NCBI GenBank assembly: GCA_947629695.1
Contig: CANREQ010000001.1
Location: 1-51,949, forward strand
Origin: an uncultured Clostridia bacterium
Lineage (GTDB): Bacteria > Bacillota > Clostridia > Christensenellales > Borkfalkiaceae
Reading direction: 5' to 3'
Length of the DNA: 51,949 bases
Part shown: one piece after another, positions 22,564 to 31,846 of the stretch
Position numbering within the stretch: the first letter of the stretch is position 1
Layout: each line of letters begins with the position of its first letter
Notes under the pieces: model-generated
What the model was told of the DNA's origin: nothing
Databases searched by the model: none
What the model saw: the letters and a program-made list of their open reading frames with translations, nothing else
Position numbers and translations under genes: made by a program

Positions 22564-25500
22564 ATGTCAAGGATAAAGAAAATTTCATCGGCTGTGCTTA
22601 CGGCGTTACTGTTTGTGGCGCTAATAGTAAGTGCAGTCTTTTTAATTCCAAAAAATAAGGGGAACGCATACGCAGCAGCTACCTCTATAGGAGAAATTTA
22701 TAACGATACAACCAAGACATTTGATCAAGCAAAGCTTGAAGAACTTTATACAGCATTAGGTTCAACAAATGGCTTTACGGGAGTTAAAGAAAAGGCTGAT
22801 TTTGCAAAGAATAATCCTTCTTCTCAGGGTAACGGCTATAAAAATTATGGCGATAAAACTATAGCTGGTAAAGATATAACTGTGACATTCGGCGGCAAAC
22901 AATGGTACGCCGTTTATTTATCTGCTTCGGATACAGGAGATACTGTACTCACATTATGGCTTAAATCTTCAAGCGAAACTGTTAAATGGAATGAATATAC
23001 AACTACAAATTGTACATATCCATGCGTGATGTATTCAACAAGTGAAATACGTTCGTTTTTAGTTGGTTCCCAATATTCAACAAATGGCACAGACTGCAAT
23101 TCGACGTGTCAATCTACAACCTGGTATAATTTTTTGAATACAGAGCTTGGTGGTCAAACTAATTATTCCTCATTTCTTGTTCAACCGTCTCACATGGCAT
23201 GGCAAAATGATGAGCGTGGTTCACAAGTTTTTCCTAGTAGCAGTGGCTATGGATCATGTTGCTCAATTAACGAAGCACAACAAGGTGCAACCTTTGATAG
23301 TAAATTGAGTGCAGTAGCGACTAAAAGCCAATATAATGATTGGCATAACGATTATCTATTTATACCAGGCATATGTGAATTAGGTAATAATAGATATAAT
23401 CCTGGTATATGGAATTGCTTAAGTAATCAAAGAGATAATAGCGTTGCTTTTTGGTTGAGAAGTTCTACTACAACTATTGAAAATCAAATTCATTATAATG
23501 AGAGTGGTCATCACTATACTACACCCAATACGGCAAAAGTCGTTCGTCCCGCATTGCACCTTAACTTAACTGCAGCTAACGGACAAGCGGTTAAAGAAAC
23601 ATTGACTGCGCCCTCTGATATTCAAATGGCTTATACCGGTTCGCCGTTGGATTTGGGTTTAGCCAAAACCGCCAACGCGGCAAATTGGTATGACAGTGCG
23701 CTTTATTCAAATATTGTAGATATTGATTATAAATCTCAAACAATTCAAAATGCCGGCACATATCAGGTAAAACTTACGATTAAATCGGATAAGAATTATG
23801 TTTGGTCTGACAGCAACGGCATTTCCGATAAAGAACGTACTATTAACTTTGTAGTCAACCCCGCTAAGATAACCATTCAGAACGGAAAACAGAGCGAACT
23901 TGAAAACGGTTACGAATATGTCTATCACACGGACGGGCATTCCAAACATGCGCTGTGTTTTCCCAAGCCCGCAGACGGCGGTATATACAATAAAAACTAC
24001 ATAAATTTAAATGCCGTCGGCGGCGATGACGAAAATAATGTCAAAATTTATTATCATATAGAAACGCATGCGGAAAAAGACCACCAAAACTTTGTGGACA
24101 ATCTGTTGCCGAGTTTGAAAGATTCGGTAAAAACTTTGCCGGATAATAACGACGCAAAGACAGGTTGGGCGGAATATACAGAGGGAGACTCTACGCTCAA
24201 TGTAAACGACGTACAGGGCTATTGCGTTTTCTACAAGGTAACCGCACCCAATCACGAAACGCTGTACGGCTATTTCTCAGTTCATATAATCACCGAGATA
24301 TTGACTATAGATACGTCAAGTTCCAACCTCAATAGCAGTGAAATTCAATACGGCTCGAAGGACGTTCCCTATAAGCAGGCAGATTTAAAGAAACTTGCCG
24401 AAGCTATAATAACTTCCGTCAAAGACCAAAATAACGAAGAGCGATATAAGGATATGCCCGAGGGTAGCGGGCTCGATAAATCCAAGTTCATATTCTACTT
24501 AAAGCGCACTGACGACGGCTCCGATAAGGTAATCAACACGACGGAGGACGAAGTCACCGGCAGCTCGCATTGGGACGCGGGCAAGTACGAGCTTTATGTA
24601 AAATACGTAGACGGCGATAATTCTCAATTTATCAGCTTTAATTGGAGCGGAACGCGGCCCGTTCTGACTATTTCCCCCAAATCGGTTACACTCACTTGGA
24701 AGGGCAACGCAAGTTGGGAAACGGACAAGGCAAAAGCCTCTGAAACCGTCGCCGACAGCATGGACGAGTTCAGCTGGGTATACGACGGCGACCCTCATTG
24801 CCCCACGGCAACTTATCAAAATATCTCCGATTCCGAAGAAACTCTTACCATTACGGGCGACTATAAAAACGCGGACAGCTACACGGCGACCGCGCCCGAC
24901 GTTGCCAACTACACCTTTACGAACAAAACCCGGCAATTCAAGATAGTAAAAGCCAAGAACGGTTGGCAGGACGGGAAGGGGTATGAAAACCGTCAATGGT
25001 CGATTGGGGCAACTCCTACAGAGGAATTTATACCGACGGATATTTTCGGGAATAAAGCTACCGTTTCATATTGGAAAAAATATGAAGAGGATAGCAATAC
25101 TTTCAGTGAGCAATATTTCGGAGATTTTACCGATATTAAAGAGCCTACAATAATATATGTAAAGGTGTCTGCGGTCTCTTCTGACGGCAATAAAAACTAT
25201 GACGCCATTGTAGTGAAAGCCGAGATTCATATAATTGAATGTATTGCGCATCAACCGAGCGACGTTATCCAACATGACGCGAGCGGGCATTGGCAAGTCT
25301 GCAAATTCTGCAATACCAAGCTCGGAGATACTCAACCGCATACGTCGAAAAGCTATTTGAGTGACGAAAGTCAGCATTGGCAGATTTGTGAAACTTGTCA
25401 CGAGGAATTCGGCAGGGATTCGCATGTCGCGAAAGTAGGGGACAATGCGTTAGGGCACGATCCGGATCAACATTGGAATATCTGTGCAACCTGCAACGAG

Positions 25501-27183
25501 GAATACAACAAAGTCGGACACACGTTTGACAATGCGGGCAACGTTACAAAACAGCCCAAGTGCAATGAGTTCGGCGAGCAGGAGTTCAGCTGCGAATGCG
25601 GCGAAAAAGACCCCGTTTTGCATCAGGTTGCAAAAACCGAGCATAACTATTCCGAAGATTGGGTGACTTCTGAAGGAAGCTCTCAACATTGGCACGAATG
25701 CAGCGTTTGCCATGATAAAAAGGAATTCACAGACCACGTTTACTCGGAAGCGGGGCAGATAACTCAGGAAGCTGACTGCACGACTGCGGGCAAGCGTGAA
25801 TACAAGTGCATATGCGGCGCGATTCAAGAAAGGGAAATCGCCGCAAAAGGTCACACCGCGAAAGAGGGGTGGCAGAGCGACGGAACTCAGCATTGGCAGG
25901 TCTGCGCTACATGCTCGGAAATTATCGAAGAAAGCAGGAAAAATCACAGTTGGGGGGAGCTTGTTCCCGAAGTACAGCCCACTTGCACTAAATCGGGCCA
26001 TACGGAATACTATAAATGTTCCGAATGCCAAAAGCTGAAAGACGGATACAAAGACGAGGATATTGACCCCATTCCTCACACGTTCGGGGCGGACAAGGTA
26101 CGCACGGAACCCACTTGCACCAAGCAGGGAAGCGAGACGGGCACTTGCGAATTGTGCCACAACAAAGTGACAAATATCATTCCCGCGACGGGTCACAGCT
26201 ACGCGGAAAAGATAGAGCGGGAAGCCACCTGTTCTTTGGAGGGCTCCAAGATAGAGGAGTGCACCTCCTGCCACGAGATGAAGCCCGACAGCCGCGTATC
26301 TATCCCCAAGACGGCGCACACCTACGCGGAAAAGATAGAGACTGCGGCGACCTGCACGGCGCCCGGCTCCAAGATAGAGGAGTGCACCGCCTGTCACGAG
26401 ATGAAGCCCGACAGCCGCACGTCTATCCCCATGCTTGACCACAGCTACGGGTCGTGGAATACCGTGCTCGCCGCGTCGTGCTCCGCGGAAGGCAAGGAAG
26501 AGCGCACCTGCGCGTCCTGCGGCGGCAAGGAAGAGCGCGCACTGCAACGCCTCGCTCACACAATGCAACACCACGACGAAAAGGCCGCGACCGAGACGGC
26601 GGCCGGAAATATCGATTACTACGAGTGCTCCAAATGCCATAAATTCTTCGGCGACGCGAACGGCGGAACGGAGCTGTCGGCAACCGATATAGTCATACCC
26701 GCTTTGGGACTCGGCAACGGCAACGGAATGGATACGGGAAGCGGCTCCGGCGGCGACGAAGGATTCTTCCAAAAGAATTGGTGGTGGATAGTGCTCATCG
26801 TGGCGGCGGTTCTGCTGGTGATGATGCTCATCTTCTTCATTTCGTCGTCGATATCGCGGCGGCGTGAGAGGGAGCGCGAGAGGGAGCGCGACAGGCAGCT
26901 TGAAACTCTGCTCAAAATGCAGATGATGCACTACGGATTCGGCGGCGGCATGGGCGGATATCAGAACTCTGCGGAAAACGATATGGCGTTTGCGGAAAAG
27001 CAGCAGCCCGCGCAGTTGCCCTACACGCAGGAGATGATAGACGTAGCCGTTGCGGCGGCCATGTCCGCAATGCAGAGGATGAACGCGGAAAAGCCCGAAG
27101 ATCAAACCCCGCCTCCCGACGACGGCGGCAACGGCGGCGGATTTGACGATGACTTCGGCTTCTACGACGAATACAAGCCTTGA
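22564..27183 (+). CDS. giant cell-surface protein: N-terminal signal/anchor, FWLRS-motif domain, Ig-like region, ~13 Cys/His-rich repeats, C-terminal TM and Arg/Glu-rich tail
   Basis: 1539 aa from the ATG at 22564 (GAGGGGGA RBS). Hydrophobic segments are AVLTALLFVALIVSAVFLI and WWWIVLIVAAVLLVMMLIFFI. Repeats are of the form HW.(V/I)C..C and (E/Q)(A/P)TC...G....C..C.....IP..GH. Confidence 0.85.
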   Translation: MSRIKKISSAVLTALLFVALIVSAVFLIPKNKGNAYAAATSIGEIYNDTTKTFDQAKLEELYTALGSTNGFTGVKEKADFAKNNPSSQGNGYKNYGDKTIAGKDITVTFGGKQWYAVYLSASDTGDTVLTLWLKSSSETVKWNEYTTTNCTYPCVMYSTSEIRSFLVGSQYSTNGTDCNSTCQSTTWYNFLNTELGGQTNYSSFLVQPSHMAWQNDERGSQVFPSSSGYGSCCSINEAQQGATFDSKLSAVATKSQYNDWHNDYLFIPGICELGNNRYNPGIWNCLSNQRDNSVAFWLRSSTTTIENQIHYNESGHHYTTPNTAKVVRPALHLNLTAANGQAVKETLTAPSDIQMAYTGSPLDLGLAKTANAANWYDSALYSNIVDIDYKSQTIQNAGTYQVKLTIKSDKNYVWSDSNGISDKERTINFVVNPAKITIQNGKQSELENGYEYVYHTDGHSKHALCFPKPADGGIYNKNYINLNAVGGDDENNVKIYYHIETHAEKDHQNFVDNLLPSLKDSVKTLPDNNDAKTGWAEYTEGDSTLNVNDVQGYCVFYKVTAPNHETLYGYFSVHIITEILTIDTSSSNLNSSEIQYGSKDVPYKQADLKKLAEAIITSVKDQNNEERYKDMPEGSGLDKSKFIFYLKRTDDGSDKVINTTEDEVTGSSHWDAGKYELYVKYVDGDNSQFISFNWSGTRPVLTISPKSVTLTWKGNASWETDKAKASETVADSMDEFSWVYDGDPHCPTATYQNISDSEETLTITGDYKNADSYTATAPDVANYTFTNKTRQFKIVKAKNGWQDGKGYENRQWSIGATPTEEFIPTDIFGNKATVSYWKKYEEDSNTFSEQYFGDFTDIKEPTIIYVKVSAVSSDGNKNYDAIVVKAEIHIIECIAHQPSDVIQHDASGHWQVCKFCNTKLGDTQPHTSKSYLSDESQHWQICETCHEEFGRDSHVAKVGDNALGHDPDQHWNICATCNEEYNKVGHTFDNAGNVTKQPKCNEFGEQEFSCECGEKDPVLHQVAKTEHNYSEDWVTSEGSSQHWHECSVCHDKKEFTDHVYSEAGQITQEADCTTAGKREYKCICGAIQEREIAAKGHTAKEGWQSDGTQHWQVCATCSEIIEESRKNHSWGELVPEVQPTCTKSGHTEYYKCSECQKLKDGYKDEDIDPIPHTFGADKVRTEPTCTKQGSETGTCELCHNKVTNIIPATGHSYAEKIEREATCSLEGSKIEECTSCHEMKPDSRVSIPKTAHTYAEKIETAATCTAPGSKIEECTACHEMKPDSRTSIPMLDHSYGSWNTVLAASCSAEGKEERTCASCGGKEERALQRLAHTMQHHDEKAATETAAGNIDYYECSKCHKFFGDANGGTELSATDIVIPALGLGNGNGMDTGSGSGGDEGFFQKNWWWIVLIVAAVLLVMMLIFFISSSISRRRERERERERDRQLETLLKMQMMHYGFGGGMGGYQNSAENDMAFAEKQQPAQLPYTQEMIDVAVAAAMSAMQRMNAEKPEDQTPPPDDGGNGGGFDDDFGFYDEYKP
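26200..26445 (+). repeat. in-frame 123-bp tandem duplication inside the giant CDS
   Basis: The copies at 26200-26322 and 26323-26445 encode YAEKIEREATCSLEGSKIEECTSCHEMKPDSRVSIPKTAHT and YAEKIETAATCTAPGSKIEECTACHEMKPDSRTSIPMLDHS. Confidence 0.85.
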
Positions 27184-27204
27184 TTTTATCAAAACAATGT
27201 GAAA

Positions 27205-27240
27205 GCGCGCGGAGCGTAACGCTCCGCGCGCAAATTTTTT
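27205..27240. terminator. intrinsic terminator between convergent genes
   Basis: gcgcgcggagcg-taa-cgctccgcgcgc followed by aaatttttt. Confidence 0.7.
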
Positions 27241-27324
27241 GCAAATATTTTAAGCCGTTTTTCGGGGAAATTTGTCCCAACTCGGCCGTTTTTGCGACAA
27301 GGCCGGGGGTTATTCCCGCCTACT

Positions 27325-28542
27325 TTATCTTATTCCAAGCAATCTGTCGATGAGTTTGTATCCTTCCTCGACGTATTCGCCCGTCTTTGCCGCCTCGCTT
27401 TCGGTATATCTCAGCGCGCCGTTGCCCAAATTTTTCCCGTTCGTGTACAGGAGGTAGGGCACGGGCTCGCCCACGTGCGTTTTGCAAGCGCAGGGGGTGG
27501 CGTGGTCGGGCGCGACCAACATCGCAAACTTTTCGCCCGCCCTGTCAAAGGAGGATAAAAGCGTGCCGATGACCTTTTCGTCTATCTGCTCTATGGCGTA
27601 GACCTTGTGCGCCGCGTCGCCCTGGTGCCCGCATTCGTCGGGCGCTTCCATGTGTATATAGACAAAATCCAGCCCGCCGTAAAGGAGCGCGTCCGCCGCC
27701 GCCTCGGCCTTTCCCAAAAAATTCGTGTCGTAATTGCCCGTAATGCCCTTGACGTTGATGACGCGCATTCCCGCAAGCAAGCCTATCCCGCGCACCAGAT
27801 CTACTGCGGATATGACCCCGCCCTTCAATCCGTGCAACTGCTCGAATTTGCTCAGCCCCGGCTTGGTGCCTTCGCCCCACAGCCATATGGAGTTCGCCGT
27901 CCGCTTTCCCGCCGCCGCGCGCGCCCTGTTGACGGGGTGGTTTTTAAGCAGATCCGCGCTCCTCTTCATCATTTCCAGATACCTGTCGCCGTAAGGGCCC
28001 TTGGGCAGGTATTCTTTTATGGGCTTTCCGGATATGTCGTGCGGCGGGGTGAGTTCGTGCCCCGTCGTCCCGCCCGATACAAGCAGACAGTGCCTGTACG
28101 ATACGCCGGGATAAAGCTTCATGTCCTCGCAATCGAGCTGTTCCTTTAAAAACGCGATGAGCTCCGCCGCTTCTTCGGTTGAAATTTCCCCGGCGGAGTA
28201 ATCTATCATCTTTTTGTCCTCATAGCGCGGCTCTTCGGATAGGGTGACGAGGTTGCACCTCAGCGTCACGTCCGTATCCTTGAGGCTCAGCCCCATTGAA
28301 ACCGCCTCGAGGGGAGAGCGCCCCGTATAATAGAGGTGGGGGTCGAACCCGAGCACGGACATATTCGCCACGTCGCTCCCCGGCTTCATGCCGTCGGGCA
28401 CGGTTTTGCACAGCCCCACCTGCGAGTAACGCGCTATCCTGTCGAGGTTGGGCGTTCTCGCGGCTTGCAAGCAGGTAAAATCCTTAAGCTTTTCAATCTT
28501 CCAATCGGCCATTCCGTCGCCTAAAACCACAACGTATTTCAT
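27325..28542 (-). CDS. apgM: cofactor-independent phosphoglycerate mutase, archaeal-type (ApgM family)
   Basis: 405 aa with MKYVVVLGDGMAD, the metalloenzyme-superfamily pattern and HMEAPDECGH. An AAGGAG RBS is present. Confidence 0.8.
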   Translation of the reverse strand: MKYVVVLGDGMADWKIEKLKDFTCLQAARTPNLDRIARYSQVGLCKTVPDGMKPGSDVANMSVLGFDPHLYYTGRSPLEAVSMGLSLKDTDVTLRCNLVTLSEEPRYEDKKMIDYSAGEISTEEAAELIAFLKEQLDCEDMKLYPGVSYRHCLLVSGGTTGHELTPPHDISGKPIKEYLPKGPYGDRYLEMMKRSADLLKNHPVNRARAAAGKRTANSIWLWGEGTKPGLSKFEQLHGLKGGVISAVDLVRGIGLLAGMRVINVKGITGNYDTNFLGKAEAAADALLYGGLDFVYIHMEAPDECGHQGDAAHKVYAIEQIDEKVIGTLLSSFDRAGEKFAMLVAPDHATPCACKTHVGEPVPYLLYTNGKNLGNGALRYTESEAAKTGEYVEEGYKLIDRLLGIR

Positions 28543-28572
28543 ATTTTGCGCTCCTTTTATTTTTGAAATTGC

Positions 28573-29268
28573 TTAAATATCTTTGATGTCCTCACGGCCG
28601 CCGTTCAAATCCCAATCTATGGGTTGCCTGCCGTGGGAGATGAGATAATCGTTTGTCTTTGAAAAGAATTTGCACCCGAAAAACCCGTTGTATGCGGATA
28701 GCGGAGAGGGGTGCGCGCACTGCAATATAAGGTGCTTTTTGGCGTCTATGAGCGGCGCTTTGCTCCTCGCGTTGCCTCCCCACAGTATAAATACGACGTT
28801 TTCGCATTTATCGGAAACTATCTTTATCACGTTGTCCGTAAACCATGCCCAGCCGCAGCCGGAGTGGCTGTTCGCCGCATGTTCGCGCACGGTTAAGGTT
28901 GTGTTCAAAAGAAGCGCCCCCTGCCTCGCCCACTTAGTCAGATCGCCGCAGTCCGGTTCCTTTATCCCCAAATCGCTCTCTATTTCCCTGAAAATATTTT
29001 TGAGCGACGGGGGAAGAGGCACACCAGGCTTTACCGAAAAGCACAGCCCGTGCGCCTGGTTGGGCTCGTGATAGGGGTCCTGCCCCAAAATCACCGCCTT
29101 GACGCTGTCCAGCGGGGTATAGCGGAAACAGTTGTAAAGATCGTACATGTCGGGATATATCACGCGCGTGGAGTATTCTTTTTTTAAAAATTCGCGTATT
29201 TTTATATATCTTTGATCGGAAAAGAGGGGTGCAAGCGCCTCGTCCCAGCCTCCGCCGAGCGCAATCAT
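28573..29268 (-). CDS. ung: uracil-DNA glycosylase
   Basis: 231 aa with VILGQDPYH, LLLNTTLTV and HPSPLS motifs. Confidence 0.95.
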   Translation of the reverse strand: MIALGGGWDEALAPLFSDQRYIKIREFLKKEYSTRVIYPDMYDLYNCFRYTPLDSVKAVILGQDPYHEPNQAHGLCFSVKPGVPLPPSLKNIFREIESDLGIKEPDCGDLTKWARQGALLLNTTLTVREHAANSHSGCGWAWFTDNVIKIVSDKCENVVFILWGGNARSKAPLIDAKKHLILQCAHPSPLSAYNGFFGCKFFSKTNDYLISHGRQPIDWDLNGGREDIKDI

Positions 29269-29277
29269 AAATTTCTC

Positions 29278-29946
29278 CTAAATTTTTTCATCTGTTACGG
29301 AGAGGAAGATATTTTCTGTTTCCCCTTCGAGCTTCTGCGCACACAGCGCAATGTTTTGTTCGTATTGCCCCACGGTAGAGCCCGCCCCCGCCACGTCCGA
29401 GATGGCTTTAAAGGAGTAAAACGGCACTTTTGCGTGGTCGCAGACCTGCGCAATCGCGCCCCCTTCCATGTCGCGTATATCCGCACCGAGCGTTTGGGTA
29501 AGGAGCAGAAAATCGGCCCTGTCGTCGTTGAATCTGTCCCCCGTTCCCAGCTTTCGCAAGGGGTAGTTTTTTACCGTAGATATGGGAATATATGGCTGCG
29601 AATACTCATTCAGCGTTCCTATTTCGGTCCCGTTTATCGCCGCAAGGTTGAAGTCGTATTGCACACATTCCCCTATATTGTATATCTCTCCGACGCGCAC
29701 AGAGCCGTTGAGCCCGCCCGCAAAGCCGACGTTTATTATCCTGTCCGCCCCGAGGCAGTCTATCGCGTATTGCGCCCCGGCGGCGGCGTTGACCTTTCCC
29801 ACGCCGCAAACCACGGCGGCGCACTCCTTTCCGCAGAGCAGTCCGCGGTATATCTTTTTGCCGTGAGCCTCGCTTTTTGTAAGTTCGGAAAAATTATTCA
29901 GAACGGGGGAGGCCTCGCTCTCCATCGCGATAACGAAAACTGTCAT
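29278..29946 (-). CDS. PNP/MTA-nucleosidase family (5'-methylthioadenosine/S-adenosylhomocysteine nucleosidase-like)
   Basis: Contains MTVFVIAMESEA, GVGKVNAA and DMEGGA motifs. I preferred the start at 29946 over 29964, based on the family N-terminus. Confidence 0.7.
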   Translation of the reverse strand: MTVFVIAMESEASPVLNNFSELTKSEAHGKKIYRGLLCGKECAAVVCGVGKVNAAAGAQYAIDCLGADRIINVGFAGGLNGSVRVGEIYNIGECVQYDFNLAAINGTEIGTLNEYSQPYIPISTVKNYPLRKLGTGDRFNDDRADFLLLTQTLGADIRDMEGGAIAQVCDHAKVPFYSFKAISDVAGAGSTVGQYEQNIALCAQKLEGETENIFLSVTDEKI

Positions 29947-29993
29947 ATTGTGATTATATCTCATTGCGCGCGCTTTTGCAAACGTTTGGCAAT

Positions 29994-30027
29994 AAAAAAA
30001 GCGCCGCGCATAAATTCCGCGCGGCGC
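29994..30027 (-). terminator. intrinsic terminator downstream of the PfkB-family kinase
   Basis: On the minus strand a gcgccgcgc / gcgcggcgc stem is followed by T7. Confidence 0.7.
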
Positions 30028-30058
30028 CGCATAAAGATTACGGCAACAATTCCGCCCT

Positions 30059-30970
30059 TTAAAGCATCTGGCTTTCGATGTAATCTATCTGCTCCTTGGT
30101 GGGGATACTTTCGGTGAAGGCGCATGCGCTTCCCGCCGCGGTGGCAAAGTTGAGGGCCTTGAAGTAGTTGCCCGTGTTGAGGTATTCGTGAATAAATCCC
30201 GCCACCATGCAATCCCCCGCGCCCACGGAGTTGACAAGCTGGCCCCTCGCCGCTCTGACGTACATGTTCTGGTTTGTCTCGCTCACCATTATCGCCCCGC
30301 TGGAGCCGAGGGAAACTATTACGTTGCGCGCGCCCCATTCCTGAAGCTTTCTCGCATACGCCGCTATCTGCTTTGTGTCGAGGTTGACGGGCGAGGAAAA
30401 TATCTCGCACAGCTCGTACAGGTTGGGCTTTATGAGGAAGGGCTTGTACCTCAGCGTTTCGGTCAGCAATTTCCCGTAAGCGTCCACGACGAAGTTGACG
30501 CCCGAAATGTCGCGCAGACCGTCCAAAATGTCGGCGTACACCGTATCGGGCAGGGTAGGGGGGACACTGCCGCATATTATCACCCAATCGTCCTTTTTGA
30601 GGCGTGACTTGAGGTTTTTGATAAGCGCCCTAACGTCCGCCGCGGTTACCTTGGGCCCCGCGCCGTTTATGTCCGTCTCCGTCATGCTCTTTATCTTCAC
30701 GCTTATGCGGCTCCGCCCCTCGACGGGTATAAAATCGTGCTTCAACCCCGTCAATTCCATCTCGTGGCAGATCTCGTCGCCCGTAAATCCCGCGATAAAC
30801 CCCAGCGCGGTCACGTCGTCGCCCAGCTCTTTAAGCTGCAACGCGACATTTACGCCTTTGCCGCCCACGGCAAGCCGCTCCGCGCTCGTCCTGTTTACCG
30901 TACCGAGCATGAGGTTATTGACTTTTGCGTAAAAATCCAGCGAGGGATTGAACGTAACGGTGTAAATCAT
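30059..30970 (-). CDS. 1-phosphofructokinase / PfkB-family sugar kinase
   Basis: 303 aa with MIYTVTFNPSLD, GGKG(V)NVA and GAGD motifs. Confidence 0.85.
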   Translation of the reverse strand: MIYTVTFNPSLDFYAKVNNLMLGTVNRTSAERLAVGGKGVNVALQLKELGDDVTALGFIAGFTGDEICHEMELTGLKHDFIPVEGRSRISVKIKSMTETDINGAGPKVTAADVRALIKNLKSRLKKDDWVIICGSVPPTLPDTVYADILDGLRDISGVNFVVDAYGKLLTETLRYKPFLIKPNLYELCEIFSSPVNLDTKQIAAYARKLQEWGARNVIVSLGSSGAIMVSETNQNMYVRAARGQLVNSVGAGDCMVAGFIHEYLNTGNYFKALNFATAAGSACAFTESIPTKEQIDYIESQML

Positions 30971-31165
30971 AATTCCGAAGCCGAAGCGATAAATCCGGCG
31001 CTCCCGCCTGAATTACTTTATAATATTTTGCGGTTTTTGTCAATACAAATGAGGCGCGCTGACTTTTTTTTATTGCCGCAAAGTATTGTTTTATCCCGCT
31101 ATAATTTGACAAACCCGGCGTGAAAACTTATAATTTAACCGAATTATATATAGAGGACTGCATCT

Positions 31166-31729
31166 ATGAAGAGGATAAACACAAAGCTTGCCGCGGTTGA
31201 TATCGCGGAAATCGCGCTTTTTGTCGCGCTCATGGCCGCGGGCGTGTATATTCGCATACCCCTGCCGATAATGCCGCTGACCTTCCAGACGGTTTTCGCC
31301 GTGTCGGCCGGCCTCTTGCTGGGGTGGAAGAAGGGCATGATTGCGATGTTCGTATACGCCTTGACGGGGCTTGTCGGGCTCCCCGTCTTTAGCGAAGGCG
31401 GCGGGATTTTTTACGTGATAAAGCCCTCTTTCGGCTACATTTTGGGTTTTATCGCCTCTGCGGGAGTGGCGGGGATAGGCTATTATAAGCAAAAAAAGAT
31501 TTGGCAAACTGTCCTTTTGGCGCTCGCCGCGACTGTGGCGGATTACATATTCGGCATAGGTTATTTCATTGCCGTCTGGCTGATAAACTCCACGCCGAAA
31601 CTTTGGGAAAGCGTGGTTGCGTACAATCTGATTTATCTTCCGAAGGATATAATTTTGGCGGTGCTCGCCGCCCTTTTGTCGAAAGCGGTTACGCCCGCGC
31701 TGTTAAAAATGCGGAAAAAGGTGAAATAA
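31166..31729 (+). CDS. bioY: biotin transporter S-component BioY
   Basis: 187 aa and multi-TM, with IPLP..PLTFQT....AG.LLG...G typical of BioY. Confidence 0.85.
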   Translation: MKRINTKLAAVDIAEIALFVALMAAGVYIRIPLPIMPLTFQTVFAVSAGLLLGWKKGMIAMFVYALTGLVGLPVFSEGGGIFYVIKPSFGYILGFIASAGVAGIGYYKQKKIWQTVLLALAATVADYIFGIGYFIAVWLINSTPKLWESVVAYNLIYLPKDIILAVLAALLSKAVTPALLKMRKKVK

Positions 31730-31846
31730 CCCCCGCCAATGCGGCATAATTGCGCCGGGATATTGCAAAAGCGCACAACCTGTGATAGAATATAAAAGTA
31801 ACGCGTATGTTTAACCTTTCGCGGGCAAAAAGCGTATTTATGTGTT

